DNA of 64,000 nt from Archangium gephyra (GCA_003243425.1 QFQP01000014.1:32110-96109), one strand, 5' to 3'; positions 6,945 through 17,501 are shown, counted from the first letter of the stretch. Notes: a model not told the origin generated them from the letters alone. Translations and numbers: made by a program.

Positions 6945-9518
6945 ATGAAGAGTGCCCTGTTGTTTGCCGGGCTCCTCGCCAGCACCGCGTTCGGCGCTTC
7001 GGAGAACGCTTTGACCGGCGTCACCGTGGCTCCCACGGCGGGCGGCGCGGAGGTCACGGTGCGTTGCAGCCAACCTCCCGTGTTCAACGTGTTCCGGCTG
7101 AAGGACCCCGACCGCCTGGTGGTCGACGTGTCGAACGCGAAGGTCGACGCCATCAAGGGTCACCACGACGGCGCGGGCCCGGTCTCGGGTGTCGTCGCCT
7201 CTCAGTTCTCCGACGCGAAGGCCGAAGTGGGCCGGCTGCTGCTCGGGCTCACCGACGCCGCGCGCTACGACGTCAAGGCCGTCGACAACACGCTCGTCAT
7301 CTCGATCGACGGCGCGGCTACCCGCCCGGCGGTGGTGAGCGAAGCGACGCCTGCGCCGCGCGCCTCGGCGCCCGGTGAGACCATCATCGCCTCCCGTGTC
7401 GACGAGAAGCCGGTGGCCAACCCCGCCACGCGCCTCAAGGCCATCGTGGCCGACGGCCGCAAGGGCTTGCGCCTGGTGACCGACGGTGAAGTCGCGCGCT
7501 TCGAGGTGATCGAGCTCGCCGACCCCTCGCGCCTCGCCATCGACCTCCACGGCCTCAAGGGCTCGCCGCGCGCGCCGAAGCTGTCGCTCGCCAACGTGCG
7601 TGACGTTCGCGTCGGTGCCCACGGCGACAAGGTGCGCGTGGTGGTCGAGTTCGCGCAGCGCCCCGACTTCGACGTGCGCCGCCGCGGCGATGGCGTGGGC
7701 ATCACGCTCAAGGGCGTGGCGCGCGACACCGTGGCCTCGAATGACGAAGGCCCCGCAGAGGTCGAGATCGACGGCGCCCCCGTCGCGCTGGAAGGCAGCA
7801 GCAAGATCGTGTCGAACACCGTGGAAGTCACCGACGTGTCCTTCAAGGAGTCGTCGAACGGCGGCGTGGTGCAGCTCAAGTTGAAGGGTGACGGCGCGAA
7901 GTGGTCGGTGGATCGCCCCGACGGCAAGAGCGCGGTGCTGAACCTCGAAGGCGCGCGCATCGCGCGCCAGCTCGAGCGCAGCCTCGACACCAGCGCGCTC
8001 GGCACGCCGGTGAAGATGGTCAGCGTGTTCGCGGTGCCGGGCGCGACCGACAAGGTTCGCGTGGTGGTGGCCGGTGAGCAGCAGCTCGAGCAGCTGGTCA
8101 ACGAGCGCCCGGGCGTCGTGCAGTGGCGCTTCAGCGCCAGGGGGAGCAGCGAGCAGATCGTCGCCGAGAACCGTTCGGCTGGTTTCTCGACCGAAGCCGA
8201 CACGGTGACGGAAGAGGGCGCGCCGCAGCAGCGCCGCTACGTGGGCAAGCGCGTGTCCTTCGAGTTCAAGGACATCGACATTCACAACCTGCTTCGCATC
8301 ATCGCGGAGATCTCCAAGAAGAACATCGTGGTGGCCGACGACGTGGGTGGCCGCATCACCGTGCGGCTGCGCAACGTTCCGTGGGACCAGGCCCTCGAGC
8401 TCGTGCTGCGCAGCAAGAGCCTCGGCAAGGAGGAGTTCGGCAACATCATCCGCGTGGCGCCGCTGGCGACGCTCGAAGCCGAAGCGACCGCCAAGGCCGC
8501 GCGTGCCAAGGCTCGCATCGACTCGGCGCCGCTCTCGGTCGCCCTGGTGCCGGTCAACTACGCGACCGCCGGCGACATGTCGTCGCGTGTTCGTGAAGTG
8601 CTCTCGGCCCGCGGCAACGTGACCGTCGACACCCGCACCAACACGCTCATCGTGCGCGATCTCCCGGAGAACATCGCCAAGGTGCGCTCGCTGGTCACCA
8701 GCCTCGACCTGCAGACCCCGCAGGTGCTCATCGAGAGCCGCATCGTGGAAGCCAGCACCTCGTTCCGTCGCGAAGTCGGTATTCAGTGGGGTGGTCAGAC
8801 CATCATGTCGGGCGCCACGGGCAACCCCACGGGCCTCGTCTTCCCGAGCTCGGTGGCCGTCACCGGTGGCGCGGAGCAGGGCGGCGGCATCGGCATGCCT
8901 GCGAACTCCAACTACGCCCTCAGCTTGCCCGTCGGCGCCGGCGCCGGTTCAGGTGGCGCGCTCGGCCTGGCCTTCGGCTCGGCGGGTGGCGCGGTGCAGT
9001 TGAACCTCCGCCTCTCGGCGCTCGAAGCGCAGGGCGCGGTGAAGACCATTTCGGCACCGAAGGTGACCACGCTCGACAACGAAACGGCCCGCATCAGCCA
9101 GGGTGTCTCGATTCCCTTCAGCCAGGTGTCGGCGGCCGGCGCCAACACGCAGTTCGTCGAAGCGCGCCTCTCGCTCGAAGTGACGCCGCACATCACCCAG
9201 GACGGCAGCGTGCTGATGCGCATCAACGCGCAGAACAACCAGCCTGACCCCGCCAACACCGGCGCCAACGGTCAGCCCGGTATCTCGCGCAAGGAAGCCA
9301 ACACCAACGTGCTCGTGAAGGACGGCGAGACCACGGTCATCGGCGGTATCTACGTTCGCGCCGGTTCGACCAACACGTCGGGTCTGCCGATTCTCAGCAA
9401 GATCCCGGTGCTGGGCTTCTTCTTCCGCAACAACCGCGAGCTCGAGACCAAGAACGAGCTGCTGATCTTCATCACGCCGCGCATCTTGAACCGCGCGACT
9501 GTCGCGCAGAATCCGTGA
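6945..9518 (+). CDS. pilQ: type IV pilus secretin PilQ with three AMIN-like N-terminal domains
   Basis: The start was chosen at MKSALLFAGLLASTAFG (signal peptide, AGGAG 9 nt upstream). An in-frame ATG at 6924 is the alternative, and the track ORF start at 6777 lies inside pilP. There are three repeats of the type PDRLVVDV / PSRLAIDL / SAVLNLEG, and a C-terminal secretin domain (TLIVRD, VLIESRIVE, IPVLGFFFRN, LLIFITPRIL). Confidence 0.93.
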   Translation: MKSALLFAGLLASTAFGASENALTGVTVAPTAGGAEVTVRCSQPPVFNVFRLKDPDRLVVDVSNAKVDAIKGHHDGAGPVSGVVASQFSDAKAEVGRLLLGLTDAARYDVKAVDNTLVISIDGAATRPAVVSEATPAPRASAPGETIIASRVDEKPVANPATRLKAIVADGRKGLRLVTDGEVARFEVIELADPSRLAIDLHGLKGSPRAPKLSLANVRDVRVGAHGDKVRVVVEFAQRPDFDVRRRGDGVGITLKGVARDTVASNDEGPAEVEIDGAPVALEGSSKIVSNTVEVTDVSFKESSNGGVVQLKLKGDGAKWSVDRPDGKSAVLNLEGARIARQLERSLDTSALGTPVKMVSVFAVPGATDKVRVVVAGEQQLEQLVNERPGVVQWRFSARGSSEQIVAENRSAGFSTEADTVTEEGAPQQRRYVGKRVSFEFKDIDIHNLLRIIAEISKKNIVVADDVGGRITVRLRNVPWDQALELVLRSKSLGKEEFGNIIRVAPLATLEAEATAKAARAKARIDSAPLSVALVPVNYATAGDMSSRVREVLSARGNVTVDTRTNTLIVRDLPENIAKVRSLVTSLDLQTPQVLIESRIVEASTSFRREVGIQWGGQTIMSGATGNPTGLVFPSSVAVTGGAEQGGGIGMPANSNYALSLPVGAGAGSGGALGLAFGSAGGAVQLNLRLSALEAQGAVKTISAPKVTTLDNETARISQGVSIPFSQVSAAGANTQFVEARLSLEVTPHITQDGSVLMRINAQNNQPDPANTGANGQPGISRKEANTNVLVKDGETTVIGGIYVRAGSTNTSGLPILSKIPVLGFFFRNNRELETKNELLIFITPRILNRATVAQNP

Positions 9519-9526
9519 GGGCTCCC

Positions 9527-10306
9527 ATGAAACGAATCATTCTCACCACGTTGATGGCGTTCTCGTTCCTGACGTCGTCGTGCGCGAACCAGACTTCGCC
9601 GCTGGAGTTCACGAAGTTCTATCCGCTGGGTCCCACCTGCGACATTTCGGAGTTCGTCGACGGCTTCTTCGTCGCCAACGGGTCGCTCGACGTGGCGTGG
9701 GGCAACCCCACGTACGTCGTGGCGTTCCAGCTGACGAACGCCGAAGGGTATACGCAGCCCGCTCTGCAGATCGGCGATACCGTGCTCGAGCGCGCGAATC
9801 GTGAACAGCCGGTGCTCCGTCAGATCATCATTCAGTACCGCCCCAGCCGGCCTCTCGGCGTGAGCCTGAAGGAGCACGTGATTCCGTACACCGGCATCGT
9901 CGGCGGCAACATTCAGGGCACCGTGCAGCTGATCAGCCCCGAGTTGTCTCGCGCGCTGGCCGACACGCTGACGCCTGCAAACGACCTTTCGGACGTGGTC
10001 GACATCAACATCGACGTTCACTTCGAAGGCGAGATGGTCGGGTCGCGCACGAAGATCTCGACGGCGACCATGACCTTCCCGCTGCGCGTGTTCCGCTCTG
10101 CGCCGCCGGCGGGGTTCTCGTGTGCGAACGGTACGCGCCGCTTCCGCACCGATGCCGTGACCGGCGACAGCTGCTTGTACATCGGGCAGTCGTACAATCA
10201 GGTCAACACGCCGGTCGGGCCGTACCAGGGTGACACGGTCGACATGAACGGGAACCCCGTGCCTGGCGCCGACTGCTGCACCGCCCCTGGCTCGCCGGAG
10301 TGCTGA
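9527..10306 (+). CDS. Cys-rich lipoprotein of unknown function, coupled to pilQ
   Basis: MKRIILTTLMAFSFLTSSC provides a lipobox, and GAGGG lies 5 nt upstream. The start is 8 nt after the pilQ stop. The C-terminal end is Cys-rich (DCCTAPGSPEC). I recognise no domain. Confidence 0.75.
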   Translation: MKRIILTTLMAFSFLTSSCANQTSPLEFTKFYPLGPTCDISEFVDGFFVANGSLDVAWGNPTYVVAFQLTNAEGYTQPALQIGDTVLERANREQPVLRQIIIQYRPSRPLGVSLKEHVIPYTGIVGGNIQGTVQLISPELSRALADTLTPANDLSDVVDINIDVHFEGEMVGSRTKISTATMTFPLRVFRSAPPAGFSCANGTRRFRTDAVTGDSCLYIGQSYNQVNTPVGPYQGDTVDMNGNPVPGADCCTAPGSPEC

Positions 10307-10309
10307 GTC

Positions 10310-10681
10310 ATGTTCCGCGAAACGCTGGAAGAAGTGGGCGGTTCAGTATCGGGCGCGGTCTCGTGCAGCGTGATGGGCTTCGACGGCATCGCGGTCGAGA
10401 CCTGGCAGCCTGACGCGCACGCCGAAAAGGCGGCCGAGGTCGATCTCTCGGCCTCGCTCGTCGAGTACGGCAACCTGCTCGGTCAGCTCAAGAACACCGC
10501 GACGACGCTCAAGTCGGGTGCGGTCGCCGAGCTCTCGGTGAACTCCGAGAAGCTCATCACCATCATGCGCATGGTGAATCAGGACTACTACGTGGTGCTC
10601 GCCCTCACGCCTGACGGCAACTACGGCAAGGGCCGCTACGCGCTGCGCATCGCGGCTCCGAAGCTGGCCAAAGAGCTCTAA
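10310..10681 (+). CDS. Roadblock/LC7 (MglB-like) domain protein
   Basis: 123 aa. The pattern GAVSCSVMGFDGIAVE ... YYVVLALTPDGNYGKGRYALR fits the Roadblock/LC7 fold. It starts 3 nt after the lipoprotein stop. Confidence 0.75.
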   Translation: MFRETLEEVGGSVSGAVSCSVMGFDGIAVETWQPDAHAEKAAEVDLSASLVEYGNLLGQLKNTATTLKSGAVAELSVNSEKLITIMRMVNQDYYVVLALTPDGNYGKGRYALRIAAPKLAKEL

Positions 10682-10715
10682 AGGCAGCGAAAACAGTTAC
10701 GCACGCGCGTACCCG

Positions 10716-10756
10716 AAGCCGCACCTCCAACACGGTGGTGCGGCTTTGTTGTTCTT
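10716..10756 (+). terminator. rho-independent terminator closing the pil operon
   Basis: A 10-bp stem AAGCCGCACC / GGTGCGGCTT with an 11-nt loop is followed by the T-rich tail TGTTGTTCTT. Confidence 0.6.
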
Positions 10757-10828
10757 GCGAGCGGCGAGGGGCCGGGGGTATGGGAGCCGCCTCTTTCAAG
10801 CTTTTCCATTTCACACGAGGAACACCCA

Positions 10829-11407
10829 ATGGCTGGCGTCATCGACACGTCTGAATTCCGCAAGGGCATGAAGATCGAGATCGACGGAGAGCCCTTCGAG
10901 ATCATCGAGTTCCAGCACGTGAAGCCCGGCAAGGGTTCGGCGTTCACGCGCACCACGATCCGCTCGCTGATCAGCGGTCGCAACCTCGAGCCCACGTTCA
11001 AGAGCGGCGACAAGGTCGATCGCCCCGACATCGAAGAGCGCGACATGCAGTTCCTCTACGCGCAGGGCGACGAGTTCCACTTCATGGACCAGAAGTCCTA
11101 CGAGCAGACGTACATCTCGGAGAAGGTGCTCGGTGAGGCGAAGAACTACCTCAAGGAGAACATCAACGCGTCGATCCTCTTCTTCAACGGCAAGGCCATC
11201 GGCGTCACGCTGCCGAACTCCGTCGAACTGAAGGTCGTCAAGTGCGACCCCGGCGTGCGCGGCGACACCGTGTCGGGTGCGCAGAAGCCGGCGGTGCTCG
11301 AGACCGGGTACACCATCAACGTGCCGCTGTTCATCAACGAGGGCGACGTGCTGAAGATCGACACGCGCTCGGGCGACTACATCACCCGCACTGCGGTGGG
11401 CGGCTGA
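10829..11407 (+). CDS. efp: elongation factor P
   Basis: 192 aa. FRKGMKIEIDGEPFEIIEFQHVKPGKGSAFTRT is the canonical EF-P N-terminus. Confidence 0.97.
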   Translation: MAGVIDTSEFRKGMKIEIDGEPFEIIEFQHVKPGKGSAFTRTTIRSLISGRNLEPTFKSGDKVDRPDIEERDMQFLYAQGDEFHFMDQKSYEQTYISEKVLGEAKNYLKENINASILFFNGKAIGVTLPNSVELKVVKCDPGVRGDTVSGAQKPAVLETGYTINVPLFINEGDVLKIDTRSGDYITRTAVGG

Positions 11408-11410
11408 GCG

Positions 11411-11968
11411 ATGGCGATCAAGAAGCCGGGCAGCTCCGTGCAGGTTGGCGGTACCACGTCGCTCGATGTCGAGGCGCTGCGCGAGATCGTGCAGATCCTC
11501 GAGACGAGTGAAATCTCGCGCCTCGATTGGACCAACGGCGACGAGCGGCTCTTCATCACGCGCGGCCCTCCGGCGGCGCAGGTGGTTCAGCACGTCGGCG
11601 CGCCGGTCTCGGCTGGCCCGGCGGTGACGGTGATGCCGTCTTCGGCTCCGGTTGCGGCGCCTGCTGCCGACGCCAGGCCGCGGCCTTCGGCGCCCTCCGC
11701 AGCTCCTGCCGCCGCGAGCGACAAGAAGGGCCACATCATCACGTCTCCCTTCGTCGGTACGTTCTACCGCTCGCCGTCGCCCGACCAGCCGTCGTTCGCC
11801 GAAGTCGGCGCGCAGGTTCGCAAGGGGCAGACGCTCTGCATCATCGAAGCGATGAAGCTGATGAACGAGATCGAGTCGGAAGTCGCCGGCAAGGTCGCCG
11901 AGGTGCTGGTGCAGAACGCTCAGCCCGTCGAGTTCGGTCAGCCGTTGTTCCGCATCGAGCCGGCCTGA
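11411..11968 (+). CDS. accB: acetyl-CoA carboxylase biotin carboxyl carrier protein
   Basis: 185 aa. It has an Ala/Pro-rich linker and the biotinylation motif EAMKLMNEI. Confidence 0.95.
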   Translation: MAIKKPGSSVQVGGTTSLDVEALREIVQILETSEISRLDWTNGDERLFITRGPPAAQVVQHVGAPVSAGPAVTVMPSSAPVAAPAADARPRPSAPSAAPAAASDKKGHIITSPFVGTFYRSPSPDQPSFAEVGAQVRKGQTLCIIEAMKLMNEIESEVAGKVAEVLVQNAQPVEFGQPLFRIEPA

Positions 11969-11986
11969 TTCAGGCCAGAGGCCAAC

Positions 11987-13372
11987 ATGTTCAAGAAGGT
12001 GCTGATTGCAAACCGGGGCGAGATCGCGCTCCGGGTCATTCGTGCCTGCCGCGAGTTGGGCATCGCCACGGTGGCGGTGCACTCCACGGCTGATGCCAAC
12101 GCGCTGCACGTGCGTTTCGCCGATGAGTCGGTGTGCATCGGCCCGCCGCCCTCGAAAGAGAGCTACTTGAACGTGCCGGCGTTGCTCTCGGCCGCGGAGA
12201 TCACCCGCGCCGACGCGATTCACCCCGGCTACGGCTTCTTGTCGGAGAACGCGGAGTTCGCCGAGGTCTGCAAGAAGTGCCAGATCACGTTCATCGGGCC
12301 CAAGCCCGAGCACATCAGGCTCATGGGCAACAAGGTGCGCGCCCGTGACGCGGCGAAGGCCGCGGGGCTGCCGTTGCTGCCGGGTTCACCCGGCGTGCTC
12401 AAGAGCGCCGAGGAAGCCGAAGCGCTCGCGCGGGAGATCGGGTTCCCGGTCATCTTGAAGGCTGCTGCTGGCGGTGGTGGCCGCGGCATGAAGATCGTGC
12501 GGGAGCCGCACGCGCTCGCGCAGGCGTTCGCCACGGCGTCGGCTGAAGCGGTCAACGCGTTCAGCAACGGCGACATGTATCTGGAGCGCTACGTCGAGAA
12601 GCCGCGCCACATCGAGATTCAGATCGTCGGAGATGTGCACGGCAACGTGGTGCACCTCTTCGAGCGCGAGTGTTCGGTGCAGCGCCGCCACCAGAAGCTC
12701 ATCGAAGAAGCGCCGTCGAAGGCGTTGTCGCCCGAGCTGCGCGAAGAGATGGGCCGCGTCTCGGTCGAGGCGATGAAGAAGATCGGCTACTCGAATCTCG
12801 GCACCATCGAGTACCTGCTCGACGAGCACGGCCGCTTCTACTTCATGGAAATGAACACCCGTGTGCAGGTCGAGCACCCGGTCACCGAGCAGATCACGGG
12901 CGTCGATCTTCTCCGCACGCAGCTGTTGCTCGCCGCAGGCGAGAAGCTGCCGTTCAAGCAGGAAGACCTCAGCATTCGCGGCGCGTCGATCGAGTGCCGC
13001 GTGAACGCCGAAGACCCCGTCACCTTCGCGCCCTGGCCCGGGAAGATCACCGCCTACAACCCGCCCGGTGGCCTCGGGGTGCGCGTCGATTCAGCCGCGT
13101 ACGAAAATTACACAATCCCTGCGCACTACGATTCGCTCGTGGCCAAGCTGATCGTCACCGCCGATGATCGCGATCAGGCCATTCGCCGTATGCAGCGCGC
13201 GCTGTCCGAGTACGTGGTGCAGGGCATTCGCACCAACATCCCGTTTCACCGCGCGGCGCTGCAGGAAGAGGCCTTCATCAAGGGCGAATACGACACCCGC
13301 TTCGTCGAGCGGATGCACGCCTCGGAGACCGGCACGCAACGCCTGAAGAAGGCTGTCGAAGAGACTCCCTGA
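11987..13372 (+). CDS. accC: acetyl-CoA carboxylase biotin carboxylase subunit
   Basis: 461 aa. It starts [20 protein letters not shown] and contains ATP-grasp motifs ([25 protein letters not shown]). Confidence 0.97.
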   Translation: MFKKVLIANRGEIALRVIRACRELGIATVAVHSTADANALHVRFADESVCIGPPPSKESYLNVPALLSAAEITRADAIHPGYGFLSENAEFAEVCKKCQITFIGPKPEHIRLMGNKVRARDAAKAAGLPLLPGSPGVLKSAEEAEALAREIGFPVILKAAAGGGGRGMKIVREPHALAQAFATASAEAVNAFSNGDMYLERYVEKPRHIEIQIVGDVHGNVVHLFERECSVQRRHQKLIEEAPSKALSPELREEMGRVSVEAMKKIGYSNLGTIEYLLDEHGRFYFMEMNTRVQVEHPVTEQITGVDLLRTQLLLAAGEKLPFKQEDLSIRGASIECRVNAEDPVTFAPWPGKITAYNPPGGLGVRVDSAAYENYTIPAHYDSLVAKLIVTADDRDQAIRRMQRALSEYVVQGIRTNIPFHRAALQEEAFIKGEYDTRFVERMHASETGTQRLKKAVEETP

Positions 13373-13472
13373 TCAGCTGTTTTCCAGTTGTTGGACCCCG
13401 GGTATCCGTCTGCTACCTTCCACCGGTCCCCGCGGGTTTTCCTCGGGTCAAAACTTCAGTCGTTCCTGATCC

Positions 13473-16259
13473 TTGGACAAGAACAAGATCATCGAAGCCG
13501 CCGCCAAGCTTGTCGCCAAGGGGGCTTACGACAAGGCGATCAAGGAGTACCAGAAGGTCCTCGACGCGGACCCGAAGGACGTCCGAATTCTCCAGAAGAT
13601 GGGGGAGCTGTACCAGAAGAAGAACGACAACGCGCAGGCCGCCACCTACTTCACGCGCGTCGCCGAGAGCTACACCAACGACGGCTTCTTCCTGAAGGCC
13701 GTCGCGCTCTACAAGCAGGTGCTCAAGCTCGACCCGACGTTGATGGACATCAACGTCAAGCTCGCCGAGCTGCACCAGCAGCTGCAGCTCATGGGCGAGG
13801 CGATGGCGTACTACCAGATCGTCGCCAACCACTGGGACAAGCAGGGCGACACGCGAAAGAGCCTCGAGGTTCTTCGCAAGATGGTCGACCTCGACCCCGA
13901 CAACGTGGCGTCGCGCGTGAAGCTCGCCGACCTCTACGTGCGCGAAGGGTTGAACGACGAAGCGGCGGGTGAGTTCACCAAGGCCGCCGAACACCTCAAG
14001 CGCAACAACCGCACCGACGATTACCTGCGCGTCGCCGAGCGGCTCTCTGCGCTGCAGCCCGACAACCTGCAGATCGCCAAGGAGCTCGCCGAGGCGTACC
14101 TGCAGAAGAACGATCAGAAGCGGGCGTTGGCCAAGCTGCAGATCTGCTTCAAGGCCGACAACCGCGACATCGAAACGCTGCGCCTGCTCGCCGTCGCCTT
14201 CCAGGGCCTCGGGCAGATGTCCAAGACCATCTCCGTCTACAAGGAGCTGGCGCGGGCGTACGAAGACAAGAACTTCAACGACGACGCGGAACGGGTATGG
14301 CGTCAGGTCGAACAGCTCGACCCGCAGGACCCCGACATTCTCGCGCGGAAGCACGCTTTTGCGCCGCCTCCGCCGGAGCCACCGCCGGGCCCGGTCGCCA
14401 CCACGCGCGCTCCTCCGTACGCGGGGGCGACGGCTGCGATGCCTGCCTACGCGCCACCAGCGCCCGTGGCCGCACCGGCGCCGGTTGCCGCCCCCGTCGC
14501 TTCGGCAGCGCGACCGCGCGGCGAGAACCTCGGCAAGCTGCTGACCGAGACCGATGTGTACGTGAAGTACGGACTTCACGACAAAGCGCTCGAGCACCTT
14601 CGCAAGGTGTTCGCCATCGAGCCCGAGAACATCGACGCGCATGAAAAGGCGTACGCGATCTACGTCGCGTCGAACAATCACGCGCAGAGCTTCGAGCAGC
14701 TGCTCAACGTGCTGCGTCTGCACACCCGCTCGGGTGATGCCGCGCGCGCGCAGCCCTACCTCGCGACGATTCTCCAGCAGAACCCCGGGCACCCTGAAGT
14801 GCCGGTGTTCCTCTCGGCGCTGCGCATGGCCGATGGGGGCGCGGGCGCGCAGCAGCCGCAGGAAGACGCTCAAGAAGCCGAAGACGCGATCCTGGTCGAC
14901 TCGAGCGACGATGAAGTCATCGTCGCCGACGAGCCCGAAGAAGTGCTCTCGGGCGAAGCCGCGGTGGTCGACGAGCCTTTCGATGGCGGCGAGATGATGG
15001 CCAGCGACGAGGTGATGCTCTCGCCGGCCGACGCCGACGCCGCCGCCGAAGTCGAAGTGGAGCCGCCGCCGGTCCCCGACGAGTACATCGACGCGGGCGA
15101 TCAGCAGGAGCTGGTGTCCGACTTCGAAGGCGACCTGCCTCCACTCGACGCGGAAGAACCGACGACCGGTGAGTACGCCGCGGCCGAAGAAGAAGAACTC
15201 CCGACCAGCGCGCTCGACATTCCGGTTCAGAATTACCCCGCGCCTACGCCGCCCCCCATGGGCCTGGGCGAAGAAGAATCTGAAGCGCCGACCCGCATGG
15301 CGCCGCGCATGGGCTTCGAAGCGCGCGCAGCACCGGCGCTCGAGGAGTCGTTCGAAGACGTCGAGCCGCCCACCGCGAGCACCACCATCGCCGAAGAGGC
15401 GGTCGAAGCGCCCCCGGAAGAAGAGCCCGCCGCGGAAGAGTGCGACGAAGCGACGTTCTTCGTGGAGCAAGGGCTGTTCGAAGAAGCGCGCGAAATTCTC
15501 GAGACCGTGCTCATCGCGTACCCCGACCACCGCCGGGCCGCCGAGCTGATGGCGCGCGTCGAGGCGCTCGACCTCACCCCTGCCACGCCGCAACCAGTGC
15601 CCACGTCGTCGAACGGCGAAGAAGAAGGCCGTGACGCGTTCGATCTCGCGGCCGAGCTGGCGAGCGAGCTTGGCGACTTCAGCGAAGAGCAGGGCGGCGA
15701 CCCGGCAGAGAGCCTCCCCGGCGCGGGCGGCGACGATTACCAGGTGTCCGTCGAAGAGGTCTTCGCGGAGTTCAAGAAGGGCCTCGAGAAGGTCGTGAAG
15801 CCCGAAGACGTCGACACGCACTACGACCTCGGCGTTGCGTACAAGGAAATGGGTCTCATCGACGACGCGGTCGGTGAGTTCTCGATCGCGCGCAAGGGCT
15901 GCATCGGCAAGCGGAAGGAGATCGACTGCCTGTCGATGATCGGCATGTTGCAGGTCAGCCGCGGTGACACCACGGCCGCCATCGATGCGTACCTGCAGGC
16001 GCTCGCGAGTGAACACGCCAAAGGCGACGTCGAGAAGTCGCTCCGCTACGAGCTGGGCGCTGCCTACGAAGCGGCGAACCAGGCGGGCCGGGCGCTCGCT
16101 CAGTACCTGAAGGTGCAGGGCCTCGACGCGCGCTATCGCGATGTAACCGCCCACGTGGATCGCCTCGCGGCCATCACGGCACCAGAGGAAGATGCCCCGG
16201 TGCCTCCCAGGCCGGCGACCGGCTCACGACCCGGAGCGCGCAAGGTCGGTTACGTCTGA
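13473..16259 (+). CDS. large multi-block TPR protein with Pro-rich and acidic disordered linkers (SgmX-like by architecture and position)
   Basis: 928 aa with a TTG start. It has an N-terminal TPR block, the linker APPPPEPPPGPV...APAPVAAP, a second TPR block, a long Glu/Asp-rich region, and a C-terminal TPR block. The antisense 913-aa ORF is Arg/Val/Leu-rich shadow. Confidence 0.8.
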   Translation: MDKNKIIEAAAKLVAKGAYDKAIKEYQKVLDADPKDVRILQKMGELYQKKNDNAQAATYFTRVAESYTNDGFFLKAVALYKQVLKLDPTLMDINVKLAELHQQLQLMGEAMAYYQIVANHWDKQGDTRKSLEVLRKMVDLDPDNVASRVKLADLYVREGLNDEAAGEFTKAAEHLKRNNRTDDYLRVAERLSALQPDNLQIAKELAEAYLQKNDQKRALAKLQICFKADNRDIETLRLLAVAFQGLGQMSKTISVYKELARAYEDKNFNDDAERVWRQVEQLDPQDPDILARKHAFAPPPPEPPPGPVATTRAPPYAGATAAMPAYAPPAPVAAPAPVAAPVASAARPRGENLGKLLTETDVYVKYGLHDKALEHLRKVFAIEPENIDAHEKAYAIYVASNNHAQSFEQLLNVLRLHTRSGDAARAQPYLATILQQNPGHPEVPVFLSALRMADGGAGAQQPQEDAQEAEDAILVDSSDDEVIVADEPEEVLSGEAAVVDEPFDGGEMMASDEVMLSPADADAAAEVEVEPPPVPDEYIDAGDQQELVSDFEGDLPPLDAEEPTTGEYAAAEEEELPTSALDIPVQNYPAPTPPPMGLGEEESEAPTRMAPRMGFEARAAPALEESFEDVEPPTASTTIAEEAVEAPPEEEPAAEECDEATFFVEQGLFEEAREILETVLIAYPDHRRAAELMARVEALDLTPATPQPVPTSSNGEEEGRDAFDLAAELASELGDFSEEQGGDPAESLPGAGGDDYQVSVEEVFAEFKKGLEKVVKPEDVDTHYDLGVAYKEMGLIDDAVGEFSIARKGCIGKRKEIDCLSMIGMLQVSRGDTTAAIDAYLQALASEHAKGDVEKSLRYELGAAYEAANQAGRALAQYLKVQGLDARYRDVTAHVDRLAAITAPEEDAPVPPRPATGSRPGARKVGYV

Positions 16260-16268
16260 GATCCCGCC

Positions 16269-17471
16269 ATGAGCTACCTCGAGCACTACGGCCTCAGTAG
16301 CGAGCCCTTCAGCAACGCGCCGGTCAGCCGCTTCTTCTACAACGCGCCCCAGCATCAGCAGGCGCTCGCGCGGTTGCTCTATGCGGTGAACTCGATGAAG
16401 GGCCTTGCGGTCCTCGTCGGTGAAATCGGCGCGGGCAAGACCACGCTCGCCCGCCGGCTGCTCGATTCGCTGCCTGAAGAGGAATACGAGGCCGCGCTGC
16501 TGGTCATCATCCACTCCGGCATCACCGCGAGCTGGTTGCTGCGTCGCATCGCGCTGCAGATCGGCGTCGAGAACCCCGCGCAGGAAAAGCTGGCCTTGTT
16601 GAGCCAGCTCTACCAGCGCCTGCTGCAAATCTACGAGCAGGGCCGCAAAGCGGTCGTGCTCATCGACGAAGCCCAGATGCTCGAGACCCGCGAGTTGATG
16701 GAGGAGTTCCGCGGGCTGCTGAACCTCGAAGTGCCCGAGCGCAAGCTGATCAGCTTCGTGTTCTTCGGCCTCCCGGAGATCGAAAAGAACCTGAAGCTCG
16801 ACCCGCCGCTCGCCCAGCGCGTGGCCATGCGCTACCGACTCGAGCCGTTCACCAGCGAGTCGACCGAGGCGTACATCAAGCACCGCATGCGGCTGGCCGG
16901 CGCCGCCCGGAACCCGTTCACCCAGGGTGCGATGGAAGCCGTGCACCGTCGTTCGGGTGGCACGCCGCGCGTCATCAACACGCTGTGTGACAACGCGCTG
17001 TTCGAAGGTTTCCTCGCGCGTGCGCCCGAGATCTCGGCGCAGCTGATCGAGCAGATCGCCGACAACCTGGGCCTCGAGTACGGCGCGCAGGTACCTACGC
17101 CGGTCGCCGGCGAGCCCTCGCCGACCGCGCCCAACCCGGTGATGCCGGTCGCGGCTGCGCCTGCGCCGCCTCCTGCGCCTCCGCCGGCGCAAGTCATCAC
17201 CCGCACGCCGGTCACGGGGGCGCGTCCCCCGGTGGCGCCGCCGATCCGTCCCGCCCCGCAGCCGCCTGCGCCTCCCGCGGGCCCGGTGACGGCGACGGTT
17301 CGGCCTCCGGCGCCCGCCGTCGCCGAAAATTCCATGGCGTCAGCGGTGGCCGGGCTGACGGGTGAACCCGTGCCGGCCTCGAATGGCGCTCCGACGCCGC
17401 CGTCGAAGCCCAGGACCGGCGTCGACCTCGCCGAGATCGATCGCTACCTCGAGGGACTCGGGAAGCTCTGA
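16269..17471 (+). CDS. ExeA/GspA-like AAA ATPase with Pro-rich C-terminal tail
   Basis: 400 aa. It has the N-terminus YLEHYGLSSEPFSN, Walker A GEIGAGKTT and Walker B VVLIDEAQML. The C-terminal roughly 130 aa are Pro/Ala-rich. Confidence 0.8.
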   Translation: MSYLEHYGLSSEPFSNAPVSRFFYNAPQHQQALARLLYAVNSMKGLAVLVGEIGAGKTTLARRLLDSLPEEEYEAALLVIIHSGITASWLLRRIALQIGVENPAQEKLALLSQLYQRLLQIYEQGRKAVVLIDEAQMLETRELMEEFRGLLNLEVPERKLISFVFFGLPEIEKNLKLDPPLAQRVAMRYRLEPFTSESTEAYIKHRMRLAGAARNPFTQGAMEAVHRRSGGTPRVINTLCDNALFEGFLARAPEISAQLIEQIADNLGLEYGAQVPTPVAGEPSPTAPNPVMPVAAAPAPPPAPPPAQVITRTPVTGARPPVAPPIRPAPQPPAPPAGPVTATVRPPAPAVAENSMASAVAGLTGEPVPASNGAPTPPSKPRTGVDLAEIDRYLEGLGKL

Positions 17472-17501
17472 CCCGGGTTGAAGTGCAGGAAAGGAGCGAC
17501 A

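Noticed and set aside
6513-8285. 590-aa minus-strand ORF
   Set aside because: It is antisense to pilP/pilQ and has no motifs. The pilQ frame is supported by AMIN and secretin signatures.
10811-12313. 500-aa minus-strand ORF
   Set aside because: It is antisense to efp, accB and the 5' end of accC, all of which are unmistakable.
13413-16154. 913-aa minus-strand ORF
   Set aside because: It is exactly antisense to the TPR gene. Its composition is dominated by Arg, Val, Leu, Gly and Ala with no recognisable motifs, whereas the plus-strand product has clear TPR repeats. This is the typical shadow ORF of high-G+C DNA.
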